A DNA stretch of 63,763 nt, filler included, from Octopus bimaculoides (Eukaryota), in assembly GCF_001194135.2 (NCBI RefSeq). It is 5 parts of 5 records of this genome, joined end to end, with 100 filler letters (N's around TTAATTAATTAA, not from the genome) between each part and the next. Parts side by side here need not be neighbours in the genome. Positions count along the whole stretch, not along the records: positions 1 to 5,116 come from NC_068983.1; positions 5,217 to 31,069 come from NC_068981.1; 3 more parts are not named here. One strand, given 5' to 3'. The position numbers were made by a program, and so were the translations under genes. The notes under the pieces are model-generated. The model worked only from the letters and a program-made list of their open reading frames with translations. It had not been told where the DNA came from and did no database searches. Positions 1-12,800 of this stretch are shown piece after piece. How positions within the stretch are numbered: position 1 is the first letter of the stretch; each line of letters begins with the position of its first letter.

Positions 1-88
1 GTTTCTTGAGGCCTACTGGTGCCTGACAAACCTTTTGGCGGCAATCCTTCGGTACAAGTTCTCTAAATGCCAAATCGTTTGACAATCG

Positions 89-460
89 TTCGGCAATTTC
101 CGTAAAGAAAGAGGGAAAGGACGTTAGTCAGCGACAGCTTTGATCTGTTAGGTAGCAGACAGCAGGGAAACCCATCCCTTAAGAACACATGCCAATTATC
201 TCTCTTTCCCCCTCCCTTCCCCCTCTCTTAAAAACACATGTCACTTATCTCTCTGTTTCTCTCTCTCTGTTTCTCTCTTTCACACTCTCTTAAAAACACA
301 TGTCACTTACGGTTAGGGTTAGGGTTAGAGATAGAGAGAGAAAGCGAGAGATAACTAGCATGTGTTCTTAAGAGAGGGGATCCCTGCTGTCTGCTACCTA
401 ACAGATCAAAGCTGTCACTGACTAACGTCCTTTCCCTCTTTCATTACGGAAATTGCCGAA
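89..460. repeat. Fold-back / MITE-like element with ~105-115 bp inverted arms and an internal (TTAGGG)-type trimer
   Basis: 89-~204 (ttcggcaatttccgtaaagaaagagggaaaggacgttagtcagcgacagctttgatctgttaggtagcagacagcaggg...taagaacacatgc) is the near-exact reverse complement of ~345-460. The spacer holds two direct copies of ctctcttaaaaacacatgtcactta and ggttagggttagggttag (311-328). Confidence 0.85.
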
Positions 461-579
461 TTGATGTAAACAAACGCTGAAGCAAAAAGGAGGATTGGTA
501 TTGAAAGATCGCCCTTTTGGCAAATGGAACAAGTTGAGGACTCAGTTTGCTTGAGTACTTATTGATCATTTACTTTGTG

Positions 580-1273
580 TTTTCATGAGTGGGTGGCAAA
601 GCCTGCTTTGCTTCATGCCACAAAAAGCACAATGACAGGTAAGGTTTCCAATTGGAGCAGCATTTTGCCAAGTGGCTTCATGCTTGCACAAAGTTGGTCC
701 CAATGTTGGAGTCAGCTTTGCTCAAATCTTTGAACTGAGGAAAAGCAAGACTGGTGCTTTGTTTTCCCAGGAAGAAAAGGGAATATTGCATCACTTCAGA
801 TTATCTTTTTGTTTGTCTTTGATGCACAAGAGTGGCCTTCCAACTAACTTTCCTGTTGGAAATTGGCCAAAGTGAAGTTGCTTTGGAATTCTGATATCAC
901 TAATACATGAGAGATGACCTGACCATCTAAGCTGTATGTCTTCAATACTTGATATTTTGCATTTTGCTAGTATGGATATGGTCAGTTGATTTTATGTTGG
1001 AGATAGTATACAAGCATTGCATATGAAAAGCATCAAGCTGGTTGATGTGCTTCAGTACAGAGTCCAAGATTCAGCACCATAAAGCAATGTTGTCATGACC
1101 ACTGACTTATATACATTGACTTTTACCTTCAATGATACATCGTGGCTGTTCCAAAGCCAGTGATAAAGCTTCCTGAAATCAGAGCTAGCCTTCCCAATTC
1201 TGGGCTCAATTTCTTTATTCATCTTAGCATCATTTAACACAATGGAATCAAGATAAGTGAAGGAGGAAACCAC
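580..1273 (-). mobile_element. Degenerate 3' part of an RTE-clade LINE ORF
   Basis: Translates to FTYLDS..EIEPRIGKAS..LW..KVNVYKSVV..TLLYGAESWT, then LRWSGHL...RIPKQLHFG...GRPLL..KDKQKDNLK. These are typical RTE RT-thumb/C-terminal motifs, interrupted by stops and frameshifts. Confidence 0.8.
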
Positions 1274-2164
1274 TTTTAATATTTTTCTATTGACTTATAC
1301 AGTAGGGGCAACAGCAGAAAAATGGTCGTGAACAGATTAAAACAGAAACAAAAATTGGATTTTTAATTGAAATTAATTGCAATTTTAATTGGATTTCTTC
1401 CCTCTTTTGTAACAAAATGCACTACAATAATATCATTGATGAGTAACCTTCCTCCTCTGTTACATCTATTTGACCTCTCCTCTCTGATGATGGAATACTC
1501 AGCCTATGGAATCTTCACTTGAAACAATATTCCAGTAGCTGGGATATTCAAGAAACAGCTGTTAGAAACTACGTATACCTTTTTGTTATACAGCTAAATT
1601 AAATGGCCTTGTCAAGTTTTGCCAAACCATTTGCTTTTTTATTTCTGTTTTAATCTATACTTACTGGCTCAAAGGGAAGCAACTTCTAGCCACTTTAGAA
1701 AAGCAATCACAAAATCACATCTTCAACTGCAGTTCAAACTGGAATTCTAGTAGCATACTAAATTGAGCACTCAAAGTGCATACCTCTTAGTTTGAGTCAC
1801 TCCTTGCATCTTTTACTTACATACATACATACATACATGCATATATACATACTACCTATACTGAACTATTGAAAACCTTGCAGTTACTCTATCTAGATTA
1901 CAAGTTTATGTTCATACCTGTTATTATTGGAGCCCTGGGACATGTAACACACTGCCTAAATACTAAACTTGAAAAATTAAGCTTCTGAAAAACAGAAAAG
2001 AGAAAGCTAATTTGAAGACTACATATCCAATCCATCATTAGAACTGTAAAAGATCTGTAAAACTTTCCAGAAGTTTATCATTTAAATATATATGAGCATG
2101 TCTAGATATGCAACTATATGCATGAGAATACATACATAAAACAAAACATACAAATCTGTACATA

Positions 2165-2198
<34 letters not shown>

Positions 2199-2239
2199 CA
2201 TACATACATACACACATACATACATACAAAAATACTCTG

Positions 2240-2333
2240 TTGTTGATGTTGAAATTCCAATGGAGCCTTGGATCTAGGTTAGAAACTGGCTCTTTCTTTA
2301 TTGGTAAGAAATCTTGAAATAAAACTGAATAAT
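2240..2333 (+). repeat. Short interspersed element embedded in (CATA)n; second copy at 36203-36307
   Basis: gttgatgttgaaattccaatggagccttggatctaggttagaaactggctctttct...aagaaat...gaaataaaactga aligns by eye with 36203-36307. Both copies are flanked by (CATA)n/(CA)n. Confidence 0.6.
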
Positions 2334-2428
2334 CACACACACATACACACACATAAGGTGGCTTATTTGCAATTTACAACTGAAAGGGATACACACACAT
2401 GCATGTGTGCATAAGAATGCATGTGTGT

Positions 2429-2507
<79 letters not shown>

Positions 2508-3055
2508 TATGTGTGTGTGTTTGTGTGTGAGTGCAAGAGGTGTAAAGAAGAGAGTGAGAATAGTAAAATGAGCAGAAGTTTCACAGAAGTTTTTCTTTAC
2601 ATTTTCAACAGATATAGCAAAAACATCATTTATATAATTACATAATTTATATGCACAATTAATGTAAATGTGATGAGTTATCCATATCATCAAGAGAAAA
2701 AATTACGATATAGAAATCAAAATGCTATAAGAGAACAATCAAATTATTAAGCATTTGGGAAATTTCTACTCTTTTGCTATCTTAAATATGTTGCTATGAG
2801 CAATCAGTGTAGTCAATTTTTATTGTACATGAAAAACAATTCCATTGTAATAATATATTGTTGTTTAAAGATGTGGTAATAATTGAGCTCTTCACGTCAT
2901 GGATATATTTTATGATGCTTTTACAGCAATCTAATACTTGAAAAAAAATATATGCATGCATGTGTCTGTGTATAATATATATATATATGTGTATGTATAA
3001 TGTATGTATGTATATGTATAGATTAAAATACCTCGATTTTATTGGATCCTGCAAA

Positions 3056-3845
3056 TACAAGGAAGTACCCAAAAGTAACCAGAAATATTTTCTGTAGGAT
3101 AAGCCTGTTCAGACTTTCACCACTAGAAGTCATTTGATGCAACCCTCAGGCATCAGTATGCCGACTGGCATCATCGAGTGAAATCGTACTGTCAAGTAAT
3201 GCATCTTTGTTTTGCAGTGCTTCTCCCCTGTTCGTCAATTTTTGCAATGGCTGAAATGAAAGAACTATGTGCTTCCAGGAAATTCTGTTTTCTGTTGAGG
3301 AAAACGGTGTCTGAAAAAGTCAACCTTCTGAATGAATGAAAACATCATGAAGATTCATGAACTGATCTTGAGGGACCATCTCTGAACAACTGATGAACTT
3401 GATGATATGACTGGTGTGTCGTAGAGCTCCTGCCAACGAATTTTGAGCAAAGAATTGTGAATAAAAAAGAGTTGTAGCAAAATTTGTTCTTCACTTGCTT
3501 ATGGAAGATGAAGAGCAGTCACAATTGAATGTGTATTGTGAACTGAAAGAACAGTTGAAAATTGAACCGGGCCTCTTTTCAAAGGTCATCACTGGTGACA
3601 AAAGCTGGTGCTATGGAATTTGCAGATGTGGAAGAAGTGAAGAAAAAAATGATGGAAATGTTAAAAGGCATCACTTTACAAGAGTTCCAGCACTGCTTTG
3701 AACAGTGGAAAATGCATCTGGACTGATGCAATGCTTTAAATGGAGAATACTTTGAAGGCAATAAAGGTGTAAACATGTAAAACTAAATGAATAAAATAAT
3801 ATTGCAAAATTCCGGTTTCTTTTATATTTAGGTATACACCTTGTA
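3056..3845 (+). mobile_element. Internally deleted, degenerate mariner element
   Basis: Residual transposase motifs: MAEMKE..KFCFLLRKT (N-terminus), KVITGDKSWCYG (first catalytic D) and FQHCFEQWK...GEYFEGNK (C-terminus). Imperfect TIRs begin tacaagg at 3056 and end ccttgta at 3845, with TA ends. Confidence 0.8.
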
Positions 3846-5216
3846 GTATGCTGTTTAAAGCCTGTTTACAGTATTTGGTTACCTGATGTTACCAACAGTC
3901 TTGATCTATATTCCACTGAATTTACTTCAGGAATTCCTATTTACATAGAGTTTATAAATACATGAAAGAAAGAAAATGAATATTACAAAATCTCTTTATT
4001 CATGATGATCATTTTGACCCATCATGCACTGGTACCTTGTAGGTAAGATTGTTATGATGTGGTGCTTTCCACAGTTACAATGTGTGGCTACTGTTGTGAC
4101 TGTAACTGTTGTATCTACTCTAGTAGCCACAATATTTTCTTGGCATCGGAAATGGTGTATCTCTTCTATACTGGAATGGTAATACACTGCTTTGGCTATC
4201 GTGCTATCATTGATAACTCTGCAAGACATTGACTTTGAACTGTCTACCTTGACTGTGACGTGGACTCAACTATAACAAGTAATTGACACTTAACTCCAAC
4301 TGAGAACTTGTACAACTTTACAACGACTGACATACAACTCCATTTCCACTACAACAGAGCTGCTGTACAAATATCTGTTCAGTCATGTGTTTGTGTGTTC
4401 ATGAATGAACACACAAACATAGAAAGATACAAGAACAATATCAAAAGTAAGAGTCAAGAACAGCAGCAACAGAGGAGAAAACATAGGTGAGGAACAATGA
4501 TGATAAAGATAACAATATAAAGGGCACAAGCCCATATATACACACATAAGCACATATGCAAAACATATAGACATGCATACGCATGCACGCACACACACAC
4601 GCACACACAAACACACACATACACACAGATACAGGCAAAAATGCATGTGCCTGTAAGGGTACACATCATAGAAGAACAGAATGAATTAAATGGAGTAGGA
4701 GCATACACAAAGACGGAAAGTATCACTGAGGAGGTCACAGATGTGTGATGAAAGATTTCTGGACAATGGACATCGTTTAAAATAAGAACAGGAATAAACG
4801 AGTGAAGAACAAATATATAGTGCATGTGTTTATTTGGCAAAAAAAAAAAAAATACCATCCCAAAATATAGCAATATCTGTTTCAACACACTTTCACATCT
4901 GAAATCTTGCAACACAAATTCATAAACATATATATGGCCAGCATGGCCACAGCCTTAGGGTTGAAACATATAAAAGAATATATTATATATTATATGGCTT
5001 TTCGAAATGGCTTCATAAAACACTCCTTTAACACCTCACCACCTCCCAACTCCACCCCCAATCAAGTATCTTGTTTTGACCACTCACCATTTTCTTTCAG
5101 CTCTTATTCATCAACANNNNNNNNNNNNNNNNNNNNNNNNNNNNNNNNNNNNNNNNNNNNTTAATTAATTAANNNNNNNNNNNNNNNNNNNNNNNNNNNN
5201 NNNNNNNNNNNNNNNN

Positions 5217-5470
5217 GACTGGCTTGTGCGGGTGGCACATAAAAGACACCATTTCGAGCGTGGCCGTTTTCGTGCGGGTGACACGTAAAAGCACCCACTA
5301 CACTCTCTGAGTGGTTGGCGTTAGGAAGGGCATCCAGCTGTAGAAACTCTGCCAAATCAGACTGGAGCCTGGTGTTGCCATCCGGTTTCACCAGTCCTCA
5401 GTCAAATCGTCCAACCCATGCTAGCATGGAAAGCGGACGTTAAACGATGATGATGATGATGATGATGATG
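5217..5470 (+). mobile_element. SINE family A (RTE-like 3' tail ending in (GAT)n)
   Basis: ...gtggttggcgttaggaagggcatccagctgtagaaactctgcc...ccatgctagcatggaaagcggacgttaaacgatgatgat recurs at ~5870-6057, 15855-16118, 16406-16635(-), 29425-29570(-) and 30570-31069. Confidence 0.8.
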
Positions 5471-5590
5471 ATTTCATAATGCATCAAGTATGATCCTTGA
5501 TTTATATTCCCAAGGGCTATTCCATTGTAAGCATCACATGACATTAGATTTAAGGCAAAATAAGATCCAAGCATCTAAGAGACTTCTTGT

Positions 5591-5725
5591 GCACTTAATT
5601 TTCTCTTTATTGCCATGTATTGCTCTCACTGTAGATGTTGCAAGCTTTAATGTTTTGGCAAAGTTATTGATTCCTACCCCACCGCCCTCATCCACCTGCA
5701 TCAAACTTTTTTTAACATCAAGTGT
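5591..5725 (-). mobile_element. pogo/Tigger transposase N-terminal HTH fragment
   Basis: Translates to TLDVKKSLMQVDEGGGVGINNFAKTLKLATSTVRAIHGNKEKIKC, matching the Tigger/CENP-B-type pattern L..K......E.G.....A..L.L..STV..I..NKEKIK. Confidence 0.55.
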
Positions 5726-5869
5726 AATTCTTCAGTTCCATTTGTTGGCCTCTCTCCAGACATGTTGGATTGTTGGCAAATCCAACAGCTATGGCGATCA
5801 TCATCTAACACAAGATCACCTCCTCCAATGTCCCCTCTCCTCGCAAATGATTTTTGTCTTGGTGACCCT

Positions 5870-6057
5870 GCCAGTGCAGGTGCCACTTAAAAAGCATCCA
5901 GTCTACACTGTAAAGTGGTTGGCGTTAGGAAGGGCATCCAGCTGTAAAATCCTGCCAAAACAGTCACAGAAGTCAGGTGCAGGCTTCGGCCTTGCCAGCC
6001 CTTGTGGTACCATTCCATTCATGCTAGCATGGAAGATGAATGTTAAATGATGATGAT
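5870..6057 (+). mobile_element. SINE family A, 3' fragment
   Basis: Contains gttggcgttaggaagggcatccagctgtaaaa...catgctagcatggaag...atgatgatg. Confidence 0.65.
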
Positions 6058-6862
6058 ATATATATATTTTTTATTTATTTATTGGAGTTCTATAGTTTTC
6101 ATGAAGCATTTTCTGATAAAATATATAAATGTTTTAAATATTTTTTAAAGCCAAAACAATACAAGTTATAAAAAGATCAATGTGTGCATGTATGTAACAA
6201 AGAAAGGCAGTTTTAAACTATTAATAAAATAGACTACTAAGTTCAAAATGTTTTCATACTGTTTCAATGTCAATTTTGGGGCATGTAATTAAAATTTTCT
6301 ATGACCTCCTTTGTAGTATATTTATATTGATGTTTGTTTTATTTTTCTACAGATGCATAAATTGTGTTATTAGAAAACGTGGCATGAATCAAAGATTGTG
6401 TCTTCAAGAAAATATAAGAAGAAAAGAATTTTGATTACAAGTTATATCGAATTATCATCTAAAAGTCAGAAAACATATCATCAGAAGGATAGAAAACAAA
6501 ACCTCAAAGAAAAACATGTGCAAAGAATATAAATTTTTGAGGATTTACAACTATATCTTTCATGGAATTTCATTCATAATTTAAATAAATATTTTTAAAA
6601 ACAGAAGGTTTTGACAATTAAAACACTGAAATTTGTTTTAAAAAATCTACACAAAATAAAATTTTTGCCAGAAAATTTCCAAAACTGATTGTGGACAAAA
6701 ATCATTTGCTTTTGTATTGAAAAATCTTACAAATTTGCTGCTGCTTAGATATCTTCTATACAAAACTCGGTGTATTTACTGTGCAACTGAAACACTACTG
6801 ATGCATCTATTAGAAAGTGCATTGGATTTTCTCAATATGACTTTATCATTAAGAATAGAACC

Positions 6863-9800
6863 ATGCACAAAATAGTTGAATATTTGCCTAAATTCAAATT
6901 GTCACTTCATCTCTATCATCAGGTAACTTCTGGAAAATCCTGTCAGCAAATATTGTTACAAGAAACAGTTATCTTACTATTCCAATTGAGTTTTGAATCG
7001 AAAAGAAATGGTTGGAATTTAACTTCTCTCTGCTTGGTCATTGCTTTTGAAAACAACTTAGCAATAATTCCTCTGCTAAAAAATGCAGACAAGTTGCACA
7101 GTACCAGGATATCAATTCAGTTTGTGATATTTTTCATTGCGAATAAATCAAATTCAGAGCATTTATTTTTTATATCTTATCCTGTCCATGAACTTGTAAC
7201 TGACATTTTAACAAGCAGTCACAACAACAAAATGTCTACAGATAAACATTCTTCTCTTAAATCAAGAAAATCCATCAAAAAGCATCGCTGTGAGTTCTGC
7301 AACAAAGAATTCATGAGCAGTTCTGCATTGGTTATTCATAGACGCTCACACACCGGCTTGCGTCCTTACAAATGTCCATTCTGCAGTCGAGCATTCTCTC
7401 AAATGACTGGAATCCAGCATCATATTCGCACTCACACCGGGGAGAGGCCATATGTTTGCAACATCTGCCATTTTAAATTTTCTCGCTCAGATTCTTTGGC
7501 CAGACACATAAAGAAGCGGCATTCGAGTGTTCAAAATGGATTGGTAAAGAGAAAAAAGAAAACTTCAGAAATATCAAAGAAGCAGCTACTGCTTAGCTAT
7601 TATAATAATTCCCACTCAGATCCTACTACTTCTCAGCTAACAGACTCTAGTTTTATGCTAAATGGCTTTCTTGATGTACCCACAGAATTTCAGTCTTCAA
7701 ATTTAGGAATTAATTCAGATGTACATATTACTGATGATTCTTCGAAAAATTCACGTCTTAAGTTCCCAGATGAAACACATTCTCATAATAAAGTAACTGA
7801 TTCTTTCATCAGAGATAAAAGATTTACGCACTCTAGAATACAATCTCCAAGATTGAGAACTAAATCCATGGATAAAAAATATTCATTTTCAAATTGTAAT
7901 TTACCTGAATTCAGGTATTCTGATGTAGCACACCAAAGAATTTCTGTTCCTCAAAATGAAATATCTGAAAATTCTAGGAAAAATTATAAAAGAACTGAAG
8001 AGACATCTTTGCTGCAGTCTAAAGTGAATAAAAGATGTAATTATAACCCAAATATAAGTTATGCTAATAATTTGGACAATATACACTTTAAAAATGTCAG
8101 TGATATAAGTATTTCCACAGAACTAGAATCTAAGCTTCATAATTACCAATATGCCAACAGAAGAAATCTGGATACAAAGAATGGTAAATATCACAAGTGT
8201 TTCTTCTGTTTCAAGTGTTTTGCAAGCAAGTCTGCATTGAACATACATAAAAGAATTCATACTGGCATTCGTCCCTATGTCTGCAAAATGTGTGGTCGTT
8301 CATTTACCCAAAAAACCGGTTTACGACATCATTATAGGACTCACACACAAGAAAGACCTTACAAATGTAGCATTTGCTTCTATGCATTCGCTAGATCTGA
8401 TTCTCTTTTGCGGCACACAAAACTTCGACACAAGAAGCTGAAGAAAAAAGCCCCTGTTTATAACAAACAATTAAGAAAACCACCTGAATGCTATCCTAAT
8501 TCAGAGCATTTTTTGGAAAAATCTGGTAGTTTTAAGCAAGTGGTACTTCAAAATGAAAACAATAATATATTTGAAAATGATCATCTGGTTGCAAAAAATG
8601 TTAACGATCTTGACATTCATGAATATTCTATTAGAAATAATACCAATTCCAACCATGTTTCAGTTGTTGATTCCACTCTGTTACTCGATCCATTAATAAC
8701 AGTTTCTGATGAAATCAATTATGGTAGGCATCATGTACAGTCCACAGACTTTAGCAACAGTAATTTGAGTTCTGGGGTCGTATTGAATATCGAGAGACCT
8801 GAAATCACTCGCACAAATTCTCCTATCTACATAACTGATGACGAAGAAGAATTTGATGTCATTTCATTCCCAGAAAAAAATGAAAATGTACCTGCTGTTA
8901 AATCCTGCTTGAAGCCCTCCACCAATTCTAAAAATACCACAGGAAAATATGGGAAAAAACGAAATCTTCCTTGTAATTTCTGTCACAAGACTTTCTCTAG
9001 TTTCTCGGTGCTGAAAGTTCACAGAAGAATCCACACTGGTGTTAGACCTTATCGGTGTAAGTTTTGTGGTCGTTCCTTTACCCAACAGACTGGTCTTACC
9101 CACCATCTACGCACTCACACTGGAGAAAAACCCTACTCTTGTGGGAACTGCAATGCGCAATTTTCCAGATCTGATTCCTTGGCTCGTCACTGGAGACAGC
9201 AGCATTTAAAACACTCTAACACAAAAGGTAATCATTTGAAACAGATAAATAGAACTAAGAAAGACCATGTTAGTTCAAGCAGCACTGACGAAAATTTAAG
9301 CATTTCAGCAAAGGATGTCAGGCTTTCTGAATCTGAAACAAATAATGTCCAAGAAATAAGTGACAATAATCCAAGTTTAGATCAGGTAAATTTTGCATCA
9401 GTTGTTATAAAATCTGAAGTTTCTAATGATGAACCTGTTCAGGCTGTTATCTGTGATACTTCTTCTAAAGATGAACCTGTTCAGGCTGTTATCTGTGATA
9501 CTTCTTCTAATGATGATGCTGGCACTGCTGACAAACTGGAAACTGACGATCTCAGTCCAACATGGAAAAGTGGCAGTAGTTATAGAGATGATGGAAATTT
9601 CAGCAATATTGAAATTGAAACCTTTGAACCAGTTCCAAATGCATTCAGTCCTTCCAATGAACCAAACCTACAGCTGAAATGTTCTTCATGCAAAAAAGTG
9701 TTTAACGACAAAACTCTATTATCTTCTCATGTGTGTGAGGTAAATACTGAATATCAATGTTTTCTTTGTGATATGAACTTTAACAATACCATCTTACTGG

Positions 9801-12800
9801 CCGAACATATGAGTGAACAGCATAATTTGAAACAAAACTGTAAAAGAGAAGGTGAGCTGTCACAATTTTCCTTCGAGGATGAATTCGGTTCTCTTGTAGA
9901 AATGGTAATCACCCATAATAATGATAGAGATGTTTGTCGTATTTATCTTAGTGACTTTTCTGAAAATACCCAAACCATAGAAATGAACATGGATGAGAAA
10001 ATCAATCAAAACCTTTCTGATATTTGGGAATCTACAGAGAATAGAAAACTTGAAGTTGCTCAACACTCTCCAAATGGTTTTGATTCTAAAGCGAACATTT
10101 TCTGCCAATCTGATTACAATGCAGGCACTATAAGTAACCACAAGGACAGTTCTGAAGATATTTTGCAAATTAAACTTGAGCAGGATCAACAGGAAATATC
10201 AGATATTGTCAGCCAAAACAATAGTAGCTTTGAATCTTTCTGCTTGACTAACCAGGAGCAAGAATTTCGCAATGCCCTTGAACCAAATACTAGCCCTCTT
10301 GGTACGCAGACAAATGGAATTAATTCTGAGGCTTCTAATTTTGTAGATAATAGCAGTGATGCTGGTATATCCATACCATTGCTGGATCTGAACCAGTGTA
10401 AGACAGAAGATAATGACAGCAACACTGCTCAGTTAAACAAAGATTCTAAGCAAACTAGACACAAACAGCGCCAGTGTGAATTCTGTAAGAAATCATTTAA
10501 TAGCAAATGGGCTTTGATTATTCACCGCAGATCCCACACTGGTGAAAAACCATATGAATGTGGGCACTGTGGCCGTGGTTTCAGTCAGTTATCTGGTGTT
10601 CAACATCATATTCTCACACATACTGGTGAGAGACCATTTGAGTGTCAAATTTGTCATTTCAAATTTGCTCGATCTGATTCATTAGTTCGACATACCAGAT
10701 TAAAACATTCAGAATGTGCAAGAGAAAATGGTTCGAAAGAGGAGCCCAAGAAAGTTTCAACACTTTCCAATGACCAAAGTTTAGTAAGGGACTTAAGGAA
10801 TGCATATAGTACAGATATGTTAGACATGGAGACAGATATACAAAACAATTGTACAATGATTGAACCAATGTTACAAGATAAAAACTTGATTAACTTATCA
10901 GAATATCCTTTGCTTCTTTCATCTCAAGTGAAGGAATCTGACACAAAGGAAAACATTGCTTCAAATTCTGAGGATCATATTACTTTGAAAGATATCCACA
11001 AGGAAGTTGATTTCGATAAGGATATTAAAAATTGCAACATGTTAGACTTGTCTTTATCTCCTTCAAAAGATATTTCTGCCAAGCAGATAAAAACTTTTGA
11101 TTGTAAATTTTGTGGGAGTCTGTTTCCAAATTCTGATGTTTTATTGCAACATTTAATGCTAAGTCATAGCAATGAAATTATTTTAAATGATATTAAAACA
11201 GATATCTTGCTCAAATCTGGGTCTGAGCAAAATAAGAATTCATCTCAAGATTTCCTTAGTATTTCCGAGTCCAAAGAAGCTTTAACATTTCATTCTAGTA
11301 ATGCTTCATCATTCACTGAAAATTGTCTGCAAAGGGATAGCATTTTGCATCTTTTAAAAGAGTATGATCTTGGTATGGTGACAGAGAATAATTCAACTTT
11401 GAATAGAGATGAAAGCAACCCTAATTTCAATGTTGATCTCAAATATATAGAAAATGTTGAAACTATTCCTTTAGACAGGTTAGAGCAAAATGGAGATGGT
11501 CAAGAAATGGACCAAAGTCAAAATTCTTTTCAAAATATCATTGATATTACAGAAACGAACTTTGATTTGAAAGAAACAAGTGTTGATGAAATCATAGAGA
11601 AAGATCTTAACACTAGTGAAGAAAAAAATCTGAAAGATGTAGATGTTGGCAATGTTGAAGAGAATAACAACAACAACAATAATAATGATGATGATGATGA
11701 TGATGTTATATGCATCACACCCGAGAATTTCCCTTCAAGTTTTCAGATGAATTCTTTGAAGGCTTTTGCTGAAGATTTTCATGTAACTGAAGAGAAAAGT
11801 TATGAAGCCTCTTACATGTCTCTCACAGATAACAACAACGTGAGTGCAAGGGAAGTAACCGAACAGTCTAACCGAAGTAATTCTTGTAGGTTTTGTGGCA
11901 AAAGTTTTCCTACTCAGTCAGCATTAAAAGTGCACCAACGCACCCATACCGGCCTGCGTCCATATAAGTGTCCAACATGTGGCAGAGCATTCACACAGAA
12001 AGTCGGACTCCAGCATCATGTCCGAACTCATACAGGAGAGCGGCCATATCAGTGTAAGTACTGCATTCAGAAGTTTGCTCGGTCAGATTCTTTGGGTCGG
12101 CACATAAGACACAAGCATTTAAAAGCAACCAAGGATTTGAATTCTGTGAGTAACTATCAGAAAAGCCTTGTATCTCCTTTGTCCTTAGAATCAGATGCAA
12201 ACCAAGAAGCAGCTAGAAAAAGAGAGATGAACGGAGGAAATTCCAATCAACTGGAATCGAATTTCATTGAGTCACAGGAACATTCTTCTAGTACAAATCC
12301 TAATCAAAAGGATTTTGTAATGATGACTCCAAATTCATTTGGAGACTTATTTGTATTGGAGCCATCAGACAACCATGTTAAGAATAATCTGAATGAATGT
12401 TTCCAAGAATACATTAGTTACTCTAGATTGAATGATGATAATCACATTGATAGGAAGACTTTGAATATATGTGACCAAATGGAAGAAAGGATGCAGAATA
12501 GTTCTTATTCGACTCCTAATGCTAGCCTACTACAGTCTTCTAGTAACACACCAGGCAAGTCATCTGACACAATTGTTTTGGAAGAGATGGCAATAAATAT
12601 AAGTGATTCTGAATGTAATTCACCTGAACAAAACACAACAATAAAATATGAAAATGATCTTACCTGTGATATTTGCTGTAAAGAATTCTCTAATTCACAC
12701 CTGTTAATAAAGCACCTAAAAGATCATATAAATGCTAGTAAAGAAACTGCAACCAATCCAGATAAGACCATCTCTGCTCCTGTCCCAACTTGTTATCTTA

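Noticed and set aside
311-328. True telomere or chromosome-fusion site
   Set aside because: Only three units with no head-to-head array. Kept only as part of the fold-back finding.
5161-5172. TTAATTAATTAA islands flanked by N runs (also ~31114, ~35004, ~62616)
   Set aside because: An identical 12-mer with stops in all six frames, padded by Ns, is a scaffolding linker and not biology.
5490-6050. 186-aa ORF
   Set aside because: It spans the antisense of a Tigger fragment and a SINE tail, so it is a composite chance ORF.
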